A program made the position numbers and the translations under genes. DNA of 64,000 bases, from positions 1-64,000 of the forward strand of contig MCFE01000106.1 in the NCBI GenBank assembly GCA_002104905.1, written 5' to 3'. The notes under the pieces were generated by a model. That model did not search any database. It had not been told where the DNA came from and was given only the letters and a program-made list of their open reading frames with translations. The DNA comes from Basidiobolus meristosporus CBS 931.73. Taxonomy: Eukaryota; Fungi; Basidiobolomycota. This document shows, one piece after another, positions 27,453-40,543 of the stretch (position 1 is its first letter; every line of letters starts with the position of its first letter).

Positions 27453-28367
27453 TTAACGGCGTGAAGAGGGGACCCAGGAACCAGGCTCAAACGTATCACC
27501 CTGGCCTGCTGGTTCAGGGGATATGACGATTGCTATAGAGGATGAACAGCACATTAATCGACTTGTAGGAGTAGAAAAACACCGGCTATACTAACGCTTC
27601 TTCGTCACTTGTTTCTTGGGTTTCTCAATCGGCTCGGCGCTAGCACTGGAGGCAGCCGACGTTTCTGTGGGATACTAGGATAAATAGGTTTGAATAGCAG
27701 GTAACATGCTAAATAGTAGTTACCTTGCGGCACGTCCCCTCCTGCTCCAATCGACTTCTGTGCTTCTTGCTCGATTTGCAACTTGCGCTGAATTCCCAAG
27801 TTAATACAGGTTTGGTGATGTTTGAAAAGGGGCCATTCCAACCTGCTGCCATTTTTGATCAAGAATATGAGCACGTTGTACGGTTTGGGCGATCTTCTTT
27901 TCAGCTAGCAAGATTTCCTAGTTGTTGTTAATGATACAAAGGTTGTCAAACTATGCCTGGAGTCGAGAGGTTCAGCAATTCGTAAAAAACCTCCACAGTA
28001 GGTGGGTCTACACGGGTGTATCGAAGCCAAGAGTGCCATTGAACTATATATTTTGGAGAAATGATGAATACTCTGGTCTGAAACAGCTCCAAAAGATGCA
28101 GGCAATTTCACCTGGAATTTTGCTGGTGTTGTATGATAGGACGTCCTCAGCTATAGGCTCGACCTTTCTTCTGCAATACCCCTTTTCTGATATGGAAGAG
28201 TATTTGTTGTTAGACAAGTCCAGTTGACTGGTCTACATGTCAACAGTACCTGGATCTGGCTTGGTGGTTTCATAGTACTGGTTCCCGTATTGGTCAACAC
28301 CCACCAAGATTCTTCTTCTCCAAGGGAATCTGATTGTTTTCCAACGAAGCATAAGATTGCTACTCAT
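27453..28367 (-). CDS. NDUFA12-family complex I subunit or assembly factor (NDUFAF2/mimitin-like), multi-exon
   Basis: RWKTIRFPWRRRILVGVDQYGNQYYE / IPVQWHSWLRYTRVDPPTVEEILLAE / C-terminal GQGDTFEPGSW are typical of the NDUFA12 family. Confidence 0.8.
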
Positions 28368-29130
28368 GATATCAAGTACACCGGCTATCGTTAACCTTGA
28401 GCTGTAACAGTAAAGGGTAATAAAATTTTCCGCAAGTAATATGTACAGGCGGGCCCAATTGCTCTCCCTCCCCACATGAATTGCTGATCAAATCGAACCC
28501 CACATTAAATCGAGCCCGATATTCACCGAAAAATCCAAGTCACGCCCGCACGTAAATTCATCACTGCCCAAAGTTACACAGGCCTTGATATCGCAGTGGT
28601 AGTTCTCGTCTTCCAGCAGTCAGGGTTTACTTCTCTCGTTCTTGGATCCCCGGAAGAAACCATTCCAAGCAGAAGTGGTGGTTGTTGGCCCTCTTCTTGG
28701 CCAATAAATGCGGACGGCATATAGAGAGGCTTCAACCGATGAGGATTGGGTGAAAAGTCAGGAACCGATCATATCTTGATTTGGCTGCGACTGTGGAGTT
28801 TTAGAATCGGTGGAAATGATGCTCTAGCTATATCATATGCATCATGTTCAATACAATGCTGGGAAAAACCCAATGCTCGATAAAGGCGAAGGTCGTAACA
28901 TTCTCATGCACTGTGTGCCGATTACTACCACCAGGCTCAGTCCAATCTCAGGTGAGTTTAAAACCCTTCCGTTTGGCTCGTTTCCAATTGCCTGGCAAAC
29001 TTTATTTCTATACCAATCCAAGTTTCACTACTGAATGCTACCGATCATCCATCCATGATCAAACAGATGTGGTGTAGTGGGGCCAACATTTAAATAACTC
29101 GCCGGGTGGTCAATCCTCTGTCAAGTCAAC

Positions 29131-31146
29131 ATGCTACGGAGATACGGGCTTTTCCTGTGCAGCGCCTCAATCGCCCTGGGTACAACCAAAGCAAGCTCCG
29201 TAAAGCCAACCGATAATTTTTACCTTCATGCGAATGAGGAATGGTTGAACAAAACCACGATTCCGTCCGATTATACTAGTTGGACTTCCTATAGCGAGCT
29301 AAGTCGTCAAAACATGTTGACCCTGAAAGAGATACTAGATGGTTACCTTGACAAGCCAGCTGGTGATCTGCTTGGGGATTTCTACGGGTCAGGAATTCAA
29401 CCGAAAGCATTATTGGACCCGTTGGAGCCTTTGAGAGGCCAACTAAAAACCATCGACAGCATTGGCAACAAAGACGATGTTGTCAAAGCTTTGGCAGCTC
29501 TTCACCGTGAACAACATGCTATCCGTAGTGCCCGTCCTTTGTTTAAGCTGGACGTAGAGGCCGATAGTAAGAATTCAAACGTTACCCTGGCCTCCATCAA
29601 TCAAAGCGGACTTGGGTTACCAGGGAAGAAATATTACTCGGACACAAAGGCTAGCATTCATAAACCATACCAGAAGCACATTCAAAACATGTTCCAAATT
29701 GCAGGCTTCCTGGAGCCAGAGAAACAAGCGAATATGGTTTTTGAGGTCGAGATGCATATTTCAAAAGGCTGGGTCCCCAAAGAAGTCATGCGTGATGTTC
29801 AACTAACGTACAACAAGATCTCGCTGGAAAAACTGAAAGCCACCTTTCCTGGCTTTCCGTGGCAGCACTACTGTGATGGATTAGGTTTACGTGAATGGAA
29901 GTGCTTTGGCGGCGGCGACGTACTTTATGATAACCCCTCAATATTGAAGCTCATCTCGGATACTCTTCAGAAGTTCAGTGTAGAGCATTGGAAATCATAC
30001 CTGAGATGGTTTTTGATCAGCTCCAATTCGCGGCATCTTGGCAAGCAGTTCAGCGACGAAAACTTCCAATTCTTTGGGAAATATCTGAGAGGGCAACAGT
30101 CGCCTAAGCCTTATTGGAAGTTGGTTATAAGTGAGATATCGCGGTATCTTCCCGATCTTCTAGGCCAGCTATACGTCAAAAGATCATTCTCCCCTGCTGC
30201 AAAGATCCAGATCCATGAGTTGGTTGACGACCTTCTGCTTGCCATAACCAACCGTATCAAAAAGCTCAACTGGATGAGCACTAACACAAAACTGTTGGCG
30301 TTGGAGAAGATCAACATGCTCAATGTGAAGGTTGGCTACCCAGATGTCTGGATTGATTATAAGGCCGAAGGGCTCTCGTTTGATCGAGGTGTACACTTTA
30401 TTAGGAATCTAAGGAAAGCAGCAACTGCAGACTTTTATCGAGACCTTCGCCGAATGAACACCTCTACTGACAAGCGTCGGTGGGAAATGCCCGCCTTTGC
30501 GGTGAACGCCTATTACTCACCAAACCACAACGAAATCGTATTTCCAGCCGGCATCCTTCAACCGCCATTTTATTCCAGCCCTACGGATAAAGCCCCGTTT
30601 GGGGATCCGGCGGCAAACTTTGGCGGGATCGGGACCATAATCGGGCATGAAATAACACACGCCTTTGATGATCAAGGTAGAAAGTATGGGCCTGAGGGGA
30701 ATCTGGAGGATTGGTGGACGAAGAGAGATGCGGAAATGTTCACAGCGAGCGCCAAGGATATCGTGGATCAGTTCAACCAATACAAGCTGAAGGGAATCCG
30801 TTTGAATGGTAATCTGACTCAGGGAGAGAATATTGCTGACCTAGGTGGGGTCAAGTTGTCGTTCGTTGCTTTCAAAGAATGGCTAAAGCGCCACCCAAAT
30901 GTATACAGTAAAGAGACAAGAGGGGCAACTCCAGAACAGCAGTTCTTCTATGCTTACGCAAGAATTTGGAGAAACCTATTACGAGATAAAGAAGCCTCTT
31001 TGCGCATCTCTACAAATGTTCACTCTCCAGGGTTGTGGCGGGTCAACGGGCCCTTATCCAATTTGCCGGAATTCTACTCTGCCTTCAACGTCAAACCGGG
31101 TGACAAGATGTGGAGGTCTGAGGAAGATCGAGTCGAAATATGGTGA
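29131..31146 (+). CDS. Peptidase family M13 zinc metallo-endopeptidase (neprilysin/PepO-like), intronless, 671 aa, probable signal peptide
   Basis: Single ORF with VNAYYSPNHNEIVFPAGILQPPF, HEITH (HExxH), GENIADLGG, HSPGLWRVNG and C-terminal RVEIW. Confidence 0.97.
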   Translation: MLRRYGLFLCSASIALGTTKASSVKPTDNFYLHANEEWLNKTTIPSDYTSWTSYSELSRQNMLTLKEILDGYLDKPAGDLLGDFYGSGIQPKALLDPLEPLRGQLKTIDSIGNKDDVVKALAALHREQHAIRSARPLFKLDVEADSKNSNVTLASINQSGLGLPGKKYYSDTKASIHKPYQKHIQNMFQIAGFLEPEKQANMVFEVEMHISKGWVPKEVMRDVQLTYNKISLEKLKATFPGFPWQHYCDGLGLREWKCFGGGDVLYDNPSILKLISDTLQKFSVEHWKSYLRWFLISSNSRHLGKQFSDENFQFFGKYLRGQQSPKPYWKLVISEISRYLPDLLGQLYVKRSFSPAAKIQIHELVDDLLLAITNRIKKLNWMSTNTKLLALEKINMLNVKVGYPDVWIDYKAEGLSFDRGVHFIRNLRKAATADFYRDLRRMNTSTDKRRWEMPAFAVNAYYSPNHNEIVFPAGILQPPFYSSPTDKAPFGDPAANFGGIGTIIGHEITHAFDDQGRKYGPEGNLEDWWTKRDAEMFTASAKDIVDQFNQYKLKGIRLNGNLTQGENIADLGGVKLSFVAFKEWLKRHPNVYSKETRGATPEQQFFYAYARIWRNLLRDKEASLRISTNVHSPGLWRVNGPLSNLPEFYSAFNVKPGDKMWRSEEDRVEIW

Positions 31147-31412
31147 TTTCTTGATCAATTGAATGAGACTCAGTCACTGTCGGAGGAAGACACTATATTA
31201 TGTTGAGTGTTCACCTAGGAGATAGAGACAACCCACCAAATCCAATAACAATAGAAAATGAGCAAAAATCTAGGTTGTGATCATCTTTGTGGATATATTT
31301 CGTACACGTTGGTTCAAGAGGATAATTCCGTATAATAATAAGGCCTGTAAAATAAGTTCTAGCTAGAGAAAGTGCCTCCAGCTATAACTGTAATGGTTTA
31401 ACCTGCGGACAA

Positions 31413-34400
31413 TTACCTATCATCGACAGGATATTGATAACTGATCTGATAGAAAATGGCAGATTGGATCCGTGGATTAGTGATGGGAAGTAGTTGACAT
31501 ACATCGTGCTGGACAGGCAATAACCACCAAGATGTAATTGGGTTCAGTCCAGCATCACCTTCTATCTTCTCCACTTTCATTGGAGTTCCACCTAGGTGAG
31601 ACTCAACATAGATTACGAAATCATGATAGAAGGCTCTCATCATCACTGCTCAACAAGGTTGAGACATATTTCATGAGATCATGATGATAGCCATGTCATG
31701 CAACTAAGTAGCTGCTAAGAAGTCTGCAAATCTGAAGTGTATCTAATGGAGCAGCCATGCACCGAAATGGAAATTGTGCGGATTTCGGCGAACACAAGAG
31801 TTTGATGCAGCACAGCCTGGAAAGCACTAGAGTGGGGGGGGGAATGATTATCTCCAAACTGAATCATGGCTATACAGAACGAATGGCCTTGAAGCAGCCA
31901 TGACCAGCTCATCATCGCCTTTCCGATCCGAAATCTGCATCCGCAACATGCCCCCTGTGCTGTCTAACATAATGGTACCAAAATAGTCACAGCAGCGCCC
32001 GAGGTCAGTTTGTCAAGTATGATCTCAATGGTCTCATTTGATCCAGGGCAGAATATGCTCATAAGCGATTCGGGAGTTGCCGCTCCAGGATCTCTTCCAG
32101 GGCGTTCCTGGGGTCAGACACTGCAGCGGTAATAATAAATTTCTATACAAGCGTACCAGCAGAAACCATACCAATTGGCAATTCCGTGATTCCCAATATA
32201 TCTGACGGATTCGGATAACCACTGATGACATTCACGTCATCTAGTCAAGGAAGGCAATCAAACCAAGGCTCGAGGAAATCACGGCCACCAATGGCCGCCA
32301 CTGCACCACTCGCTGGATAGTCCAAGATCATTGGCCATCTACCCATGTAGCCATACATTGCTCTGAGTCGCACCCACCGAAGACATATGATGCAGCACCT
32401 CTGATCATTCAGAACATATGAATGGTTTAGGAAACATTTGGTGGCTGAAGGGATTTTGCCATGTCTCTTCGTATTGCAAAGCGTATATTGGCCTAGCTTC
32501 ACAAGTGGTATCTGCCGTTTCAAACCAAAATAGCGTGAGCTGAAATACATCTCAAGTTCCCTATGACAAAAGAGAAAGATATGGGCGCTATTTGGCTAGG
32601 CCGACGGCAATTGAGCGACTGTTCCAAACGAAAATGCTCTATTGGTGATCTCATAGTTATGCAGCGTTTTGGGCTATCAAGAGGAGCACCCCTGGAACTC
32701 CAAGTCTGAGCAGAGCGGCCGCAATACCTAAGCGTGTTCTAGAAACTGTAGTTGCCTCGAACTTGTACTGATCTGTGTTGCGCCATAAGCGTCAATACCT
32801 GTTGCAACACAATATCGCCAATATCTTGGTGTCATGAAATGGGTGAATATTGGGGTAAGCCACGGCCAATACAGGCTCAGTCGCCTAATAAACACCCGCA
32901 CATGATACACTCAACCACACATGTTAAGATGTTCTAGATGTGGGGACTAATAGTCCAGTTTTGGAACGAATCAATATGCCCTCAGTCAACAGGATTTACA
33001 GACTCAACCAGCTTGCACAAATAGCCGTTGATGCTGGATATTCCAGGTAGCTCTTCCATATCCATATCCAGATCACAGAAACAGCTATCTGTCTGGCCTA
33101 GTGCCGAACAGAAGTAGGAAAAATGGGAGTAGCTTGGGCTTATCCCTTAAACATTAAAGCTCTCGAGTTTCACCGCAGCCGTCGTAGTTAGCGCATGCAG
33201 TCGTGCCAGATCGTACACCGCTATGCTTCATTATATTAGCAACTGGAATCTGCGGATGGACTATGCAGCTAAAGCTGACTGGCTGAGCACGCATATCACA
33301 CCAGCACCATGAAGTTGAAGTCACTCCCGTTTGACACATGGTGTAACAGGTGAATAATTGACCGAATACCATAGCTTACATCTTCATGGACTGACATGCG
33401 CTGGAGGTCGATAGCCCATTTCGGTAACAATATACTGCAGCCTACAGGCAGAATCCCTTTGCATGGCCAAGTTACTTGGCTCTTGAAATCACCCACGTTG
33501 AAATCCTTTGCACTCATTGTTTCTGCATGGCCCCCTAATTATCGGGGGGAGGTCCGAAACGATCGGAAATGGGGATATCTTGTAACTGGCCCCAGTCAGC
33601 CTTAGTGAGGAAGCCTGATCTGTACGTCTTTGCTTTGGGAAATGGAAAAGCCAGCAGGCTTGTGAGGTTTATCAGGACATCAGAGTATCAAGTGATTGGC
33701 CAGTGGCGATAATCTTGGTGAACGATGATGTTGATGTCGATGGCAGTCAAGCTCATCATTGTCTTGAGCGTGGAGCTCAGCATGTGCAGCTCATGGGCTA
33801 CACCTCAACCTCATTCAAAACCACCATGTTACACGGATTAGGATGTGTGCTCACACCTAATATTTTCACTTCACTATCTACCACCAGCATCCAATCGAAG
33901 GCGGGATGACGTTGCTCAGGAATGAAAATAGAATACGTTGACCTGTGAGCCAACTTTGGATATGCATGAGGATAGTCACTAATCTTGAAAGCCACCATAC
34001 TCCTCTTATGGAGGGAGGGGTTTCTCTTGATTACACAGATTAGCGGATTTCTTGAAACAGGATCCAGTGTTATACGCGGTGCGGGCTAACCTCCTGCCAT
34101 CGATCTTGACTCGATACCGTTTCATGCAATATAGAATTGAATTGGGCCAGTGCAAGAGTATGCTACCTACTGGCATTCCCAATATCATGTCCCGATTGAG
34201 TGAGCAAAACCGGGTTTGATCAGGTGTCTCATGAGACACCCAGTGAGGAATGCCTGTTTCAAGTCCTTCGACACATTCGAAAACGTGAAGAGGGCCGCGG
34301 GAAACTAGATGTTTATTTCCAAGGGTTTTGGGATCATTTGCTGCACACCGCTGGCATAATCTGTCCATCCTTGCGCACGCAAGGACACAAAGCAGATCAT

Positions 34401-34413
34401 TTGGCATATCCAC
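31413..34413 (-). CDS. Probable unidentified multi-exon gene
   Basis: Several minus-strand exon-like frames bounded by strong donors (GTATGT, GTAAGC, GTATGG) and pyrimidine-AG acceptors, e.g. MRAFYHDFVIYVESHLGGTPMKVEKIEG..QHD|ISYQYPVDDR*. I could not build a full model or recognise the family. Confidence 0.3.
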
Positions 34414-34771
34414 TCATGGAACTTATCCCTATTTTCACCAAAGGCATTAATTTGCAATGAGCTACTGCACCTTCGTACATGGATTGAAATGCACGCACTC
34501 AAGGCTCTGTACTCATGTAATTTCTTATTTTGCGAATCGTACCACAAACATGCACTATGGGGGGCTCTGATCCATTTTGGGTCCATTCTAGCCCTAGATT
34601 TTCGATGCTCCTGCGATGCATGTAACAAATCCCAAAGCCAATCAAGTTCGCTCAACTTCCCTATAAATACTAGGCATCCCCGCGGTTCCTAGTTTCCACG
34701 ATTAACGGATCATCCAATTTTCGCCTTATATCATCGCCATTGTAACATTTAAACTCACTTTGTAGATATTC

Positions 34772-35464
34772 GTGATGCTTTCTAAAGTTTGTGCCCAATC
34801 GCCATTACCTCAGCCCTCCCGTTTCTGCCCCGCCCGCCCCATTCCCTCGAAACCTACTCGCCCGTCTCCCTTGATTAGCGTTCCCGATGATTATCAGGAA
34901 TCTCAAATCCTCGCTCCTTCCCCGAAGAAGATGATCTACCGCGGAGGTAGCTTCTCTTCTGACAATGATGAGTACCTCCCGTGGAGCCTTCCTCTTCTGG
35001 ACGAGGACAGCGACGAGGATAGTTTCGACGGAGACTCGTTGTCGGACCAGCATGAGAGTGATGATTCTGGCGAAGCCTTTGCCGAACTTTTCAACATCAT
35101 CCACAAGTCTTCTGCGCCATCGTCCCCTCTCTTTGGAGACTACAGCAAGCTTTCGGAGCACTCGTCTACTTTGAATCATTTATCGACAGAGCAGGGAATT
35201 ACCGAATACCTGGGACGCTCTCCCATATTCCGTACCCAAAACCCACTTCCTTTGGATACGATGTTTTCAAAGAGCGGAGCTGAAACTGCTCACGATAGGC
35301 TCTACAGACCCGCGGCTGTTGCTCCTTTTGATGTCAATCTCCTCAGAACCCCGCCACTGACGGAGAAGAGTCCGTCACTTCACTTGACCTTCGAGAAGCT
35401 GCCTCCTAGGCCTAGATCTTATAGCGCTGGTGCTCGTCCTGATCAAAGTGGGATCACGTTTTAA
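34772..35464 (+). CDS. Intronless 230-aa Ser/Pro/acidic low-complexity protein of unknown function
   Basis: Long stop-free ORF with coding-like composition, an acidic tract (DEDSDEDSFDGDS) and multiple SP/TP sites. Confidence 0.6.
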   Translation: MMLSKVCAQSPLPQPSRFCPARPIPSKPTRPSPLISVPDDYQESQILAPSPKKMIYRGGSFSSDNDEYLPWSLPLLDEDSDEDSFDGDSLSDQHESDDSGEAFAELFNIIHKSSAPSSPLFGDYSKLSEHSSTLNHLSTEQGITEYLGRSPIFRTQNPLPLDTMFSKSGAETAHDRLYRPAAVAPFDVNLLRTPPLTEKSPSLHLTFEKLPPRPRSYSAGARPDQSGITF

Positions 35465-36089
35465 ATATTTTGTAAACCTTCAAGAAGGGGGGCCTGTCAA
35501 TAGGATTGACCAGACTTCTTCCTCCTGTATATATGTTTTGGTATCTCACGTTGTTACTCTGTTCAAAATCGCATTTACATTCTCTACTTCTGCTTCGCTT
35601 CCTCGTCCGCCCGGACTCTCTTGGGGATGTGTGGAATATCTACATTAGATAGAATACTTGTCCATATCTTACTGCGTAAATTAATTTACCTTTGTTGATA
35701 GCTTCCTACTCTGGTCACCACCCTCCACTGGATGTGATACAGAGATACCATATGCATGGTCTGGAACCCATATTAAAAATCTATTAAATATCGATGGTTA
35801 TACTCGAATAAAATCCACTTCGTCCCACTTGTTCGTGTCGGTCAAGACCAGAGCCATGACGTAATGCACGAAGTCAGTGCTATGGAGCGGGGAATGGAGG
35901 AGGTTGGCGAGGGTGCACCTGTGTCAATGGGCAAGCTCATGCTCAAGAGCTGGACAATGGGTAGGCATATTGTCTTTTTGGGAAACCCCAATCGTTTATT
36001 AGTAATACTTGGGTAGGATGCGCTTCATGTATCAACACAAATCGTACCAATTGCCATTTATCTTTACACTGCTGAAAGTTGGTTTCTTT

Positions 36090-36807
36090 TTACATTTCCT
36101 CCCCGTTTGACCGCGGTGCAGGTGGCTGCTGGCCAGAGGGTGGCTGCTGGTGTGGTGCCTGGAAGTGACCGGGGGGTCCAGGAGGGAAGGGGGGCATGCC
36201 AGGTCCACCTGGAGGTCTCATGAATGGTGGTGGTCCACCTTGTACCGGAGGAGCCATAGGACGACCCATGTGCATTGGGGGAGCTGTCCAAGAGTGATGT
36301 TGGTTAGGTGTACAAAACAACAGCAACCAGTAAGAAAGAACTCAAACCTCCAAACGGAACACCTGGACCTGGGAAACCGCTGTACACTAAAAAATATGGA
36401 AAGGTCCCATCAGCGTCGGAAACCGTCTAGATAAGTGCTGGATGAAAGGTACCTGGCGGTGGCATACCACCTGTCAATTCATAGGCTTTCGTGATCTCAT
36501 CAATGACCGATTGGGCGGAATCTTGTCCTAATGCTAGAAAACCCAGGTTTTCCGGGAGGGTTCACGTGTTCAGCCACGGTGAGGGTACATATAGAAGAAA
36601 TGAGCGAACTGTGCGTACCAGCGTAATAGTTTCTAACTTGCATCAGATGCTTCCAGCCGGTGTTGTGGGCTTTTCTCACTGAGGCTGAATCATGGGTGAG
36701 AAAAATATCACAGTAATCTACAGATCAAAGGCAAGATGGGGGAGTTTAGGTTACTGGCGTCCACCACGGGATCTTTGACGGTACGTACCACAATAGTATT
36801 TGGGCAT
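36090..36807 (-). CDS. SNRPC: U1 snRNP protein C (U1-C), multi-exon
   Basis: Spliced MPKYYC|[33 protein letters not shown]|[18 protein letters not shown] is the U1-C zinc finger, followed by a Pro/Met/Gly-rich tail. Confidence 0.93.
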
Positions 36808-37236
36808 TGGCTTGGGTACAGGTTTTTGTCCAAGAAATCTCTCAAAATCTGAGCAAAAACGATAAAGTCACAACAGCAACCGTTCGTGGGTCCATTTTTT
36901 TTATCTCTTCTCGATGGATGCAATCTAGTAGGGGTCCAATTTTTATCCACACTGCATGTTCGTATGGATCGATCAGATGGTGTTGGTGCTCGTTTAAATT
37001 TCCCAGTAAATTAGTCAATTTGTTGGATTTCTGGGTTGCCCGTACCCAAGCGCTCTCCTCGTTACGATCGATCTCTTGAACGTGACATTCAATTGGACAT
37101 GTGTTTTTACGAACTATGATTTATTTCAATTGATCCCCTCGTCCGACCAATGCTGTGTTGAGCCTGAACAACCGTGTGGAATGGGTGTCCTGCTCTTCTA
37201 TCGTGGCTTCTGAGAAAGGGGGCTCGATTTCGAAGA

Positions 37237-39041
37237 CTACTTCTGTCGCTTGTTGGTTTTCTTCCGGGATGAGAGATCAACGGAGCTTAGGAATAAGCTT
37301 GACAGAAGGACTATATGGCAAACCTGTAGCAGAAGGGAGCTGTAGAAGGTAGCAGGGAATACATTCCAGCAATACTCGATTGCACCGATCATCAAAAATC
37401 TATCACAAATAGGTTAAGGCTTTGTCGTTGAAGGGCGCTGAGGTGGCAGTGGGTACCTGTTGATGAGAGAGAGTCGCGACTTCCAGAGCAGATAGGGCAG
37501 CGTGTGATAGTACCAGGAGTAAAATTGGTAATGCAGTGTTCTGGAAAACACGATCCCTATGAAGTTAGAAACAAACAGCAGCTCGCAGATATCTAATGAT
37601 GAGTTAGTGATAATAGCGTGGGGCTCTGCATGTCAGTCAGCGTGCGCATGGTGAAAAGGATACGGTCTGGGCTCAATACTGTCATCTTCTTGGTCATGGT
37701 ATTCCACCGTAAGCCTTGTGCTAGCATTCGAAAAAGCCCTTGCTCTTCCCTGTTATTTCCACGGTTTACTATATCCGTCGTCAGTGAGAGATGGCATGCT
37801 ACCCACTTACCGAGTCCACTTGACCACGAGGAAAAGGAGAAGGGTTACCAGGTGGGCAACCAAGAGCGTAGTGGCAAACTCCTTGCCCAGGAAAACGTCC
37901 TCCGGAACGAACTTCCAGTTTACGGTCCAAATGTAGGTGAACACGCGGCTGAACTCAAATGCTCGTGAAACGTAGCTTAGAGCGTTGTGCTGAAGGAACG
38001 GAAAGCCTAGAACCAACTGCAAGACACCAGAATTAGCGGTCAACTCGTAGGAATGTAAGAAGGAGCTATACCTGGAAAACCACACACAACAACAGATGGA
38101 TCACCGCTCGGTATGCACCCATGACCTTGAACAGAACCAAAGCAAGCCCGGGAAGAAACAGCAGGACGTTCATCTTGATGGAAACGGCAAAGCTTTAAAA
38201 CCAATGGGCTGTTACTATGGAGGAGGTGGATTGACCGAGGGGATACGTGGAGTACCTATACAGAATACACGCAAGCTTCCATCTTCTCTCAATCAAGAGT
38301 AGGACAGCAAGATATAAGAAAACCATGGCGACTGGGTCGTTGAAGAGTCGGAGCGTGTAGATGGAGTGCAATCTACGCGAGCAGCATAACAGTATAACGA
38401 CATATGGTGGCATCTAGTCAAGGCAATGAATAAGAAGCGCTTATGGAGCCCAACCAAAAAAATGCACCTTTTCGATTTTGTAATAGATTCGCAGGACTAT
38501 CAGTAGCGTAGACATGTACAGACCGGCAAAGCACATCTGTGCAAGCAATATGTTTTGGCCATGTCCAGTCAAGTAATATAAGCCGGAATAGATGTAAACG
38601 AAGCCAGCAGGATAGCTAAAGAGCGGGGAGAAGGGATTCAATGCGTTGCGCTGGTTTTCCCCACGAAGTCCACAACTTACACTAAAGGCCCGGTATCCCC
38701 GCGAAGTTTCACATAATCAAGCTCTCCCCCCAGAAAACCTTGCACTTCCTGCATATACGCAATCCAGTCGATTTCGGTATCTTTCGCGCAAAGGAAGAAA
38801 GTCAGTATAAAGGTATGTCCAAAAAGTAGGCTGTCCCACTCTACTCACAGGCGACTTTTTTTATAATCAGCACGTTTAAGAGCAGTTCACCCAAGACCAG
38901 ACCCAAGGCAAGCCAAGGAAAATATCTTCTGTCAAGAAGCAAATTCCTGACCAGGGAACAGCATTTACTCATGATTCCGGGGGAAGGATTCCGTTTCTCT
39001 CGCATTCTTTGAACAGACGGAAGAGACTCGAGCCATTCCAT
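37237..39041 (-). CDS. ALG3: Dol-P-Man alpha-1,3-mannosyltransferase Alg3, multi-exon
   Basis: [93 protein letters not shown]. Start codon uncertain (39041, 39005 or nearby). Confidence 0.93.
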
Positions 39042-39610
39042 AATCAAGCACCATCGAGAAATCCTCACCATCGATTTTGACGTAAGTTATTGATTAGCCT
39101 AATTCGCAATCTGTTCTCCGTTGCATGGATTTCCTAACAAGCTGATCTTCCGCTAAAATAGTGGCAAACCCATATACATTGCCACTACTATTTTTGCTAC
39201 TCATATTATTATGTTGATCTGATTTTCATCACAGTGCAAGTCTTGTTACCGCATGCTGCACTATACCAATTCAGCCTATTCAAGCCCCCAAATTTCCTCG
39301 CAATCACCAGTCTTCAGTTTGTAATTGGCTTGATTTCTGAATAGCTCCTAGGCGGCTTCTAGTAAACCTTATCCCTGTAAATTCCCAGTACTGCTCAGGC
39401 TTGTCTTTTGATTTACCAATACTCAAAGATATTATTGCCACTATTGCTAGTTGGGTTGAGGTGCAAATAAACTTGTGGATCATTGTAACTTGGAACTTCA
39501 TGTTTGTCATTTACCAATCAAGAAAATAGTCACAAATATATCCGACTAACCAGTTGCCACAGAAGAAAGTGGACTTGTTCTGTTACCATTGCAAATATTC
39601 AGCTTGCATC

Positions 39611-40003
39611 TGTTGTAAATTTCGTATTGACACCTAAATATTCACCTAACCTAGTCACTTGGATCACTACCTACAAATCTTGGAGAATCCTGACGAAATT
39701 CCTTGCCAGGATTTACTTTCAATATGGAATATCAAATTTTGTTAAGTTATCCAAACACCCCCAAGATTTGCACACATGTTCTTTGCACCTTCCTTAACAT
39801 ACTCTGTGTTTTTGTCTTGCCAAGACCATGTAAAAGTATAAATATCACTTTTACATTCAATTATTCATTAAGTGAAAACAGTTGTAAGAGTTTTGGAGTG
39901 ATTGGAAGTGACTAGGAGAACAAGTTGACTATGTGGCATTCACTTGATGGCTTACTGAGTGTAAAAGAAGTACTTATATCTTTACATGGTCTTGGCAAAA
40001 CAA
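39611..40003. repeat. Two truncated copia LTR fragments in opposite orientation (39611-39880 +, 39880-40003 -)
   Basis: Homologous to the 348-bp LTR at 42161 (TGTTGTAAA..CACCTAAATATTCACCTAA..CCAAGACCATGTAAAAGTATA). Confidence 0.8.
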
Positions 40004-40543
40004 ACATTTAAATATGTTGTAAGAGCTTTGGAGTGATTGGAAGTGATTGGGAGAACAAGTAGATTGTGTGGTTCCACTTGATGATTTATTGAATGTAAAG
40101 TAGTATTTCTACTTTTACATGATCTTGACAAAACAGACCTGTAGAATATGTTCAGGAAGGCTCCAAGAACATGTGTGCAAAGTTTAGTGCTGTTTGGACA
40201 GCTTTGAGAGTTTTCATGCTTTGGGAATCTGATGCTGTGGTGAAAATATTCAAAGTGAATCACAACAAAGAATTTGGTCAGTATTTTCTAAAATTTGTAG
40301 GGAAAGATGCAAGCAACTAAGCTAAGTGAATGCCTGGGTGGAATCACAAATTTTTGCAACATACCCACTGAACTAAATAAGCATATTAACTAATCTTAAA
40401 TGTGATCTAAGACATTCAAATTTGTCTCAGCTAATGGCTTGGTAAATATGTCTGTAATCATTTCATCTATAGGTCAGTAAACTAAGCCAAGTTATTCTCT
40501 GTAGTTTCACATATTTAATGATGTCTAATTCTCATGTGCTTAG

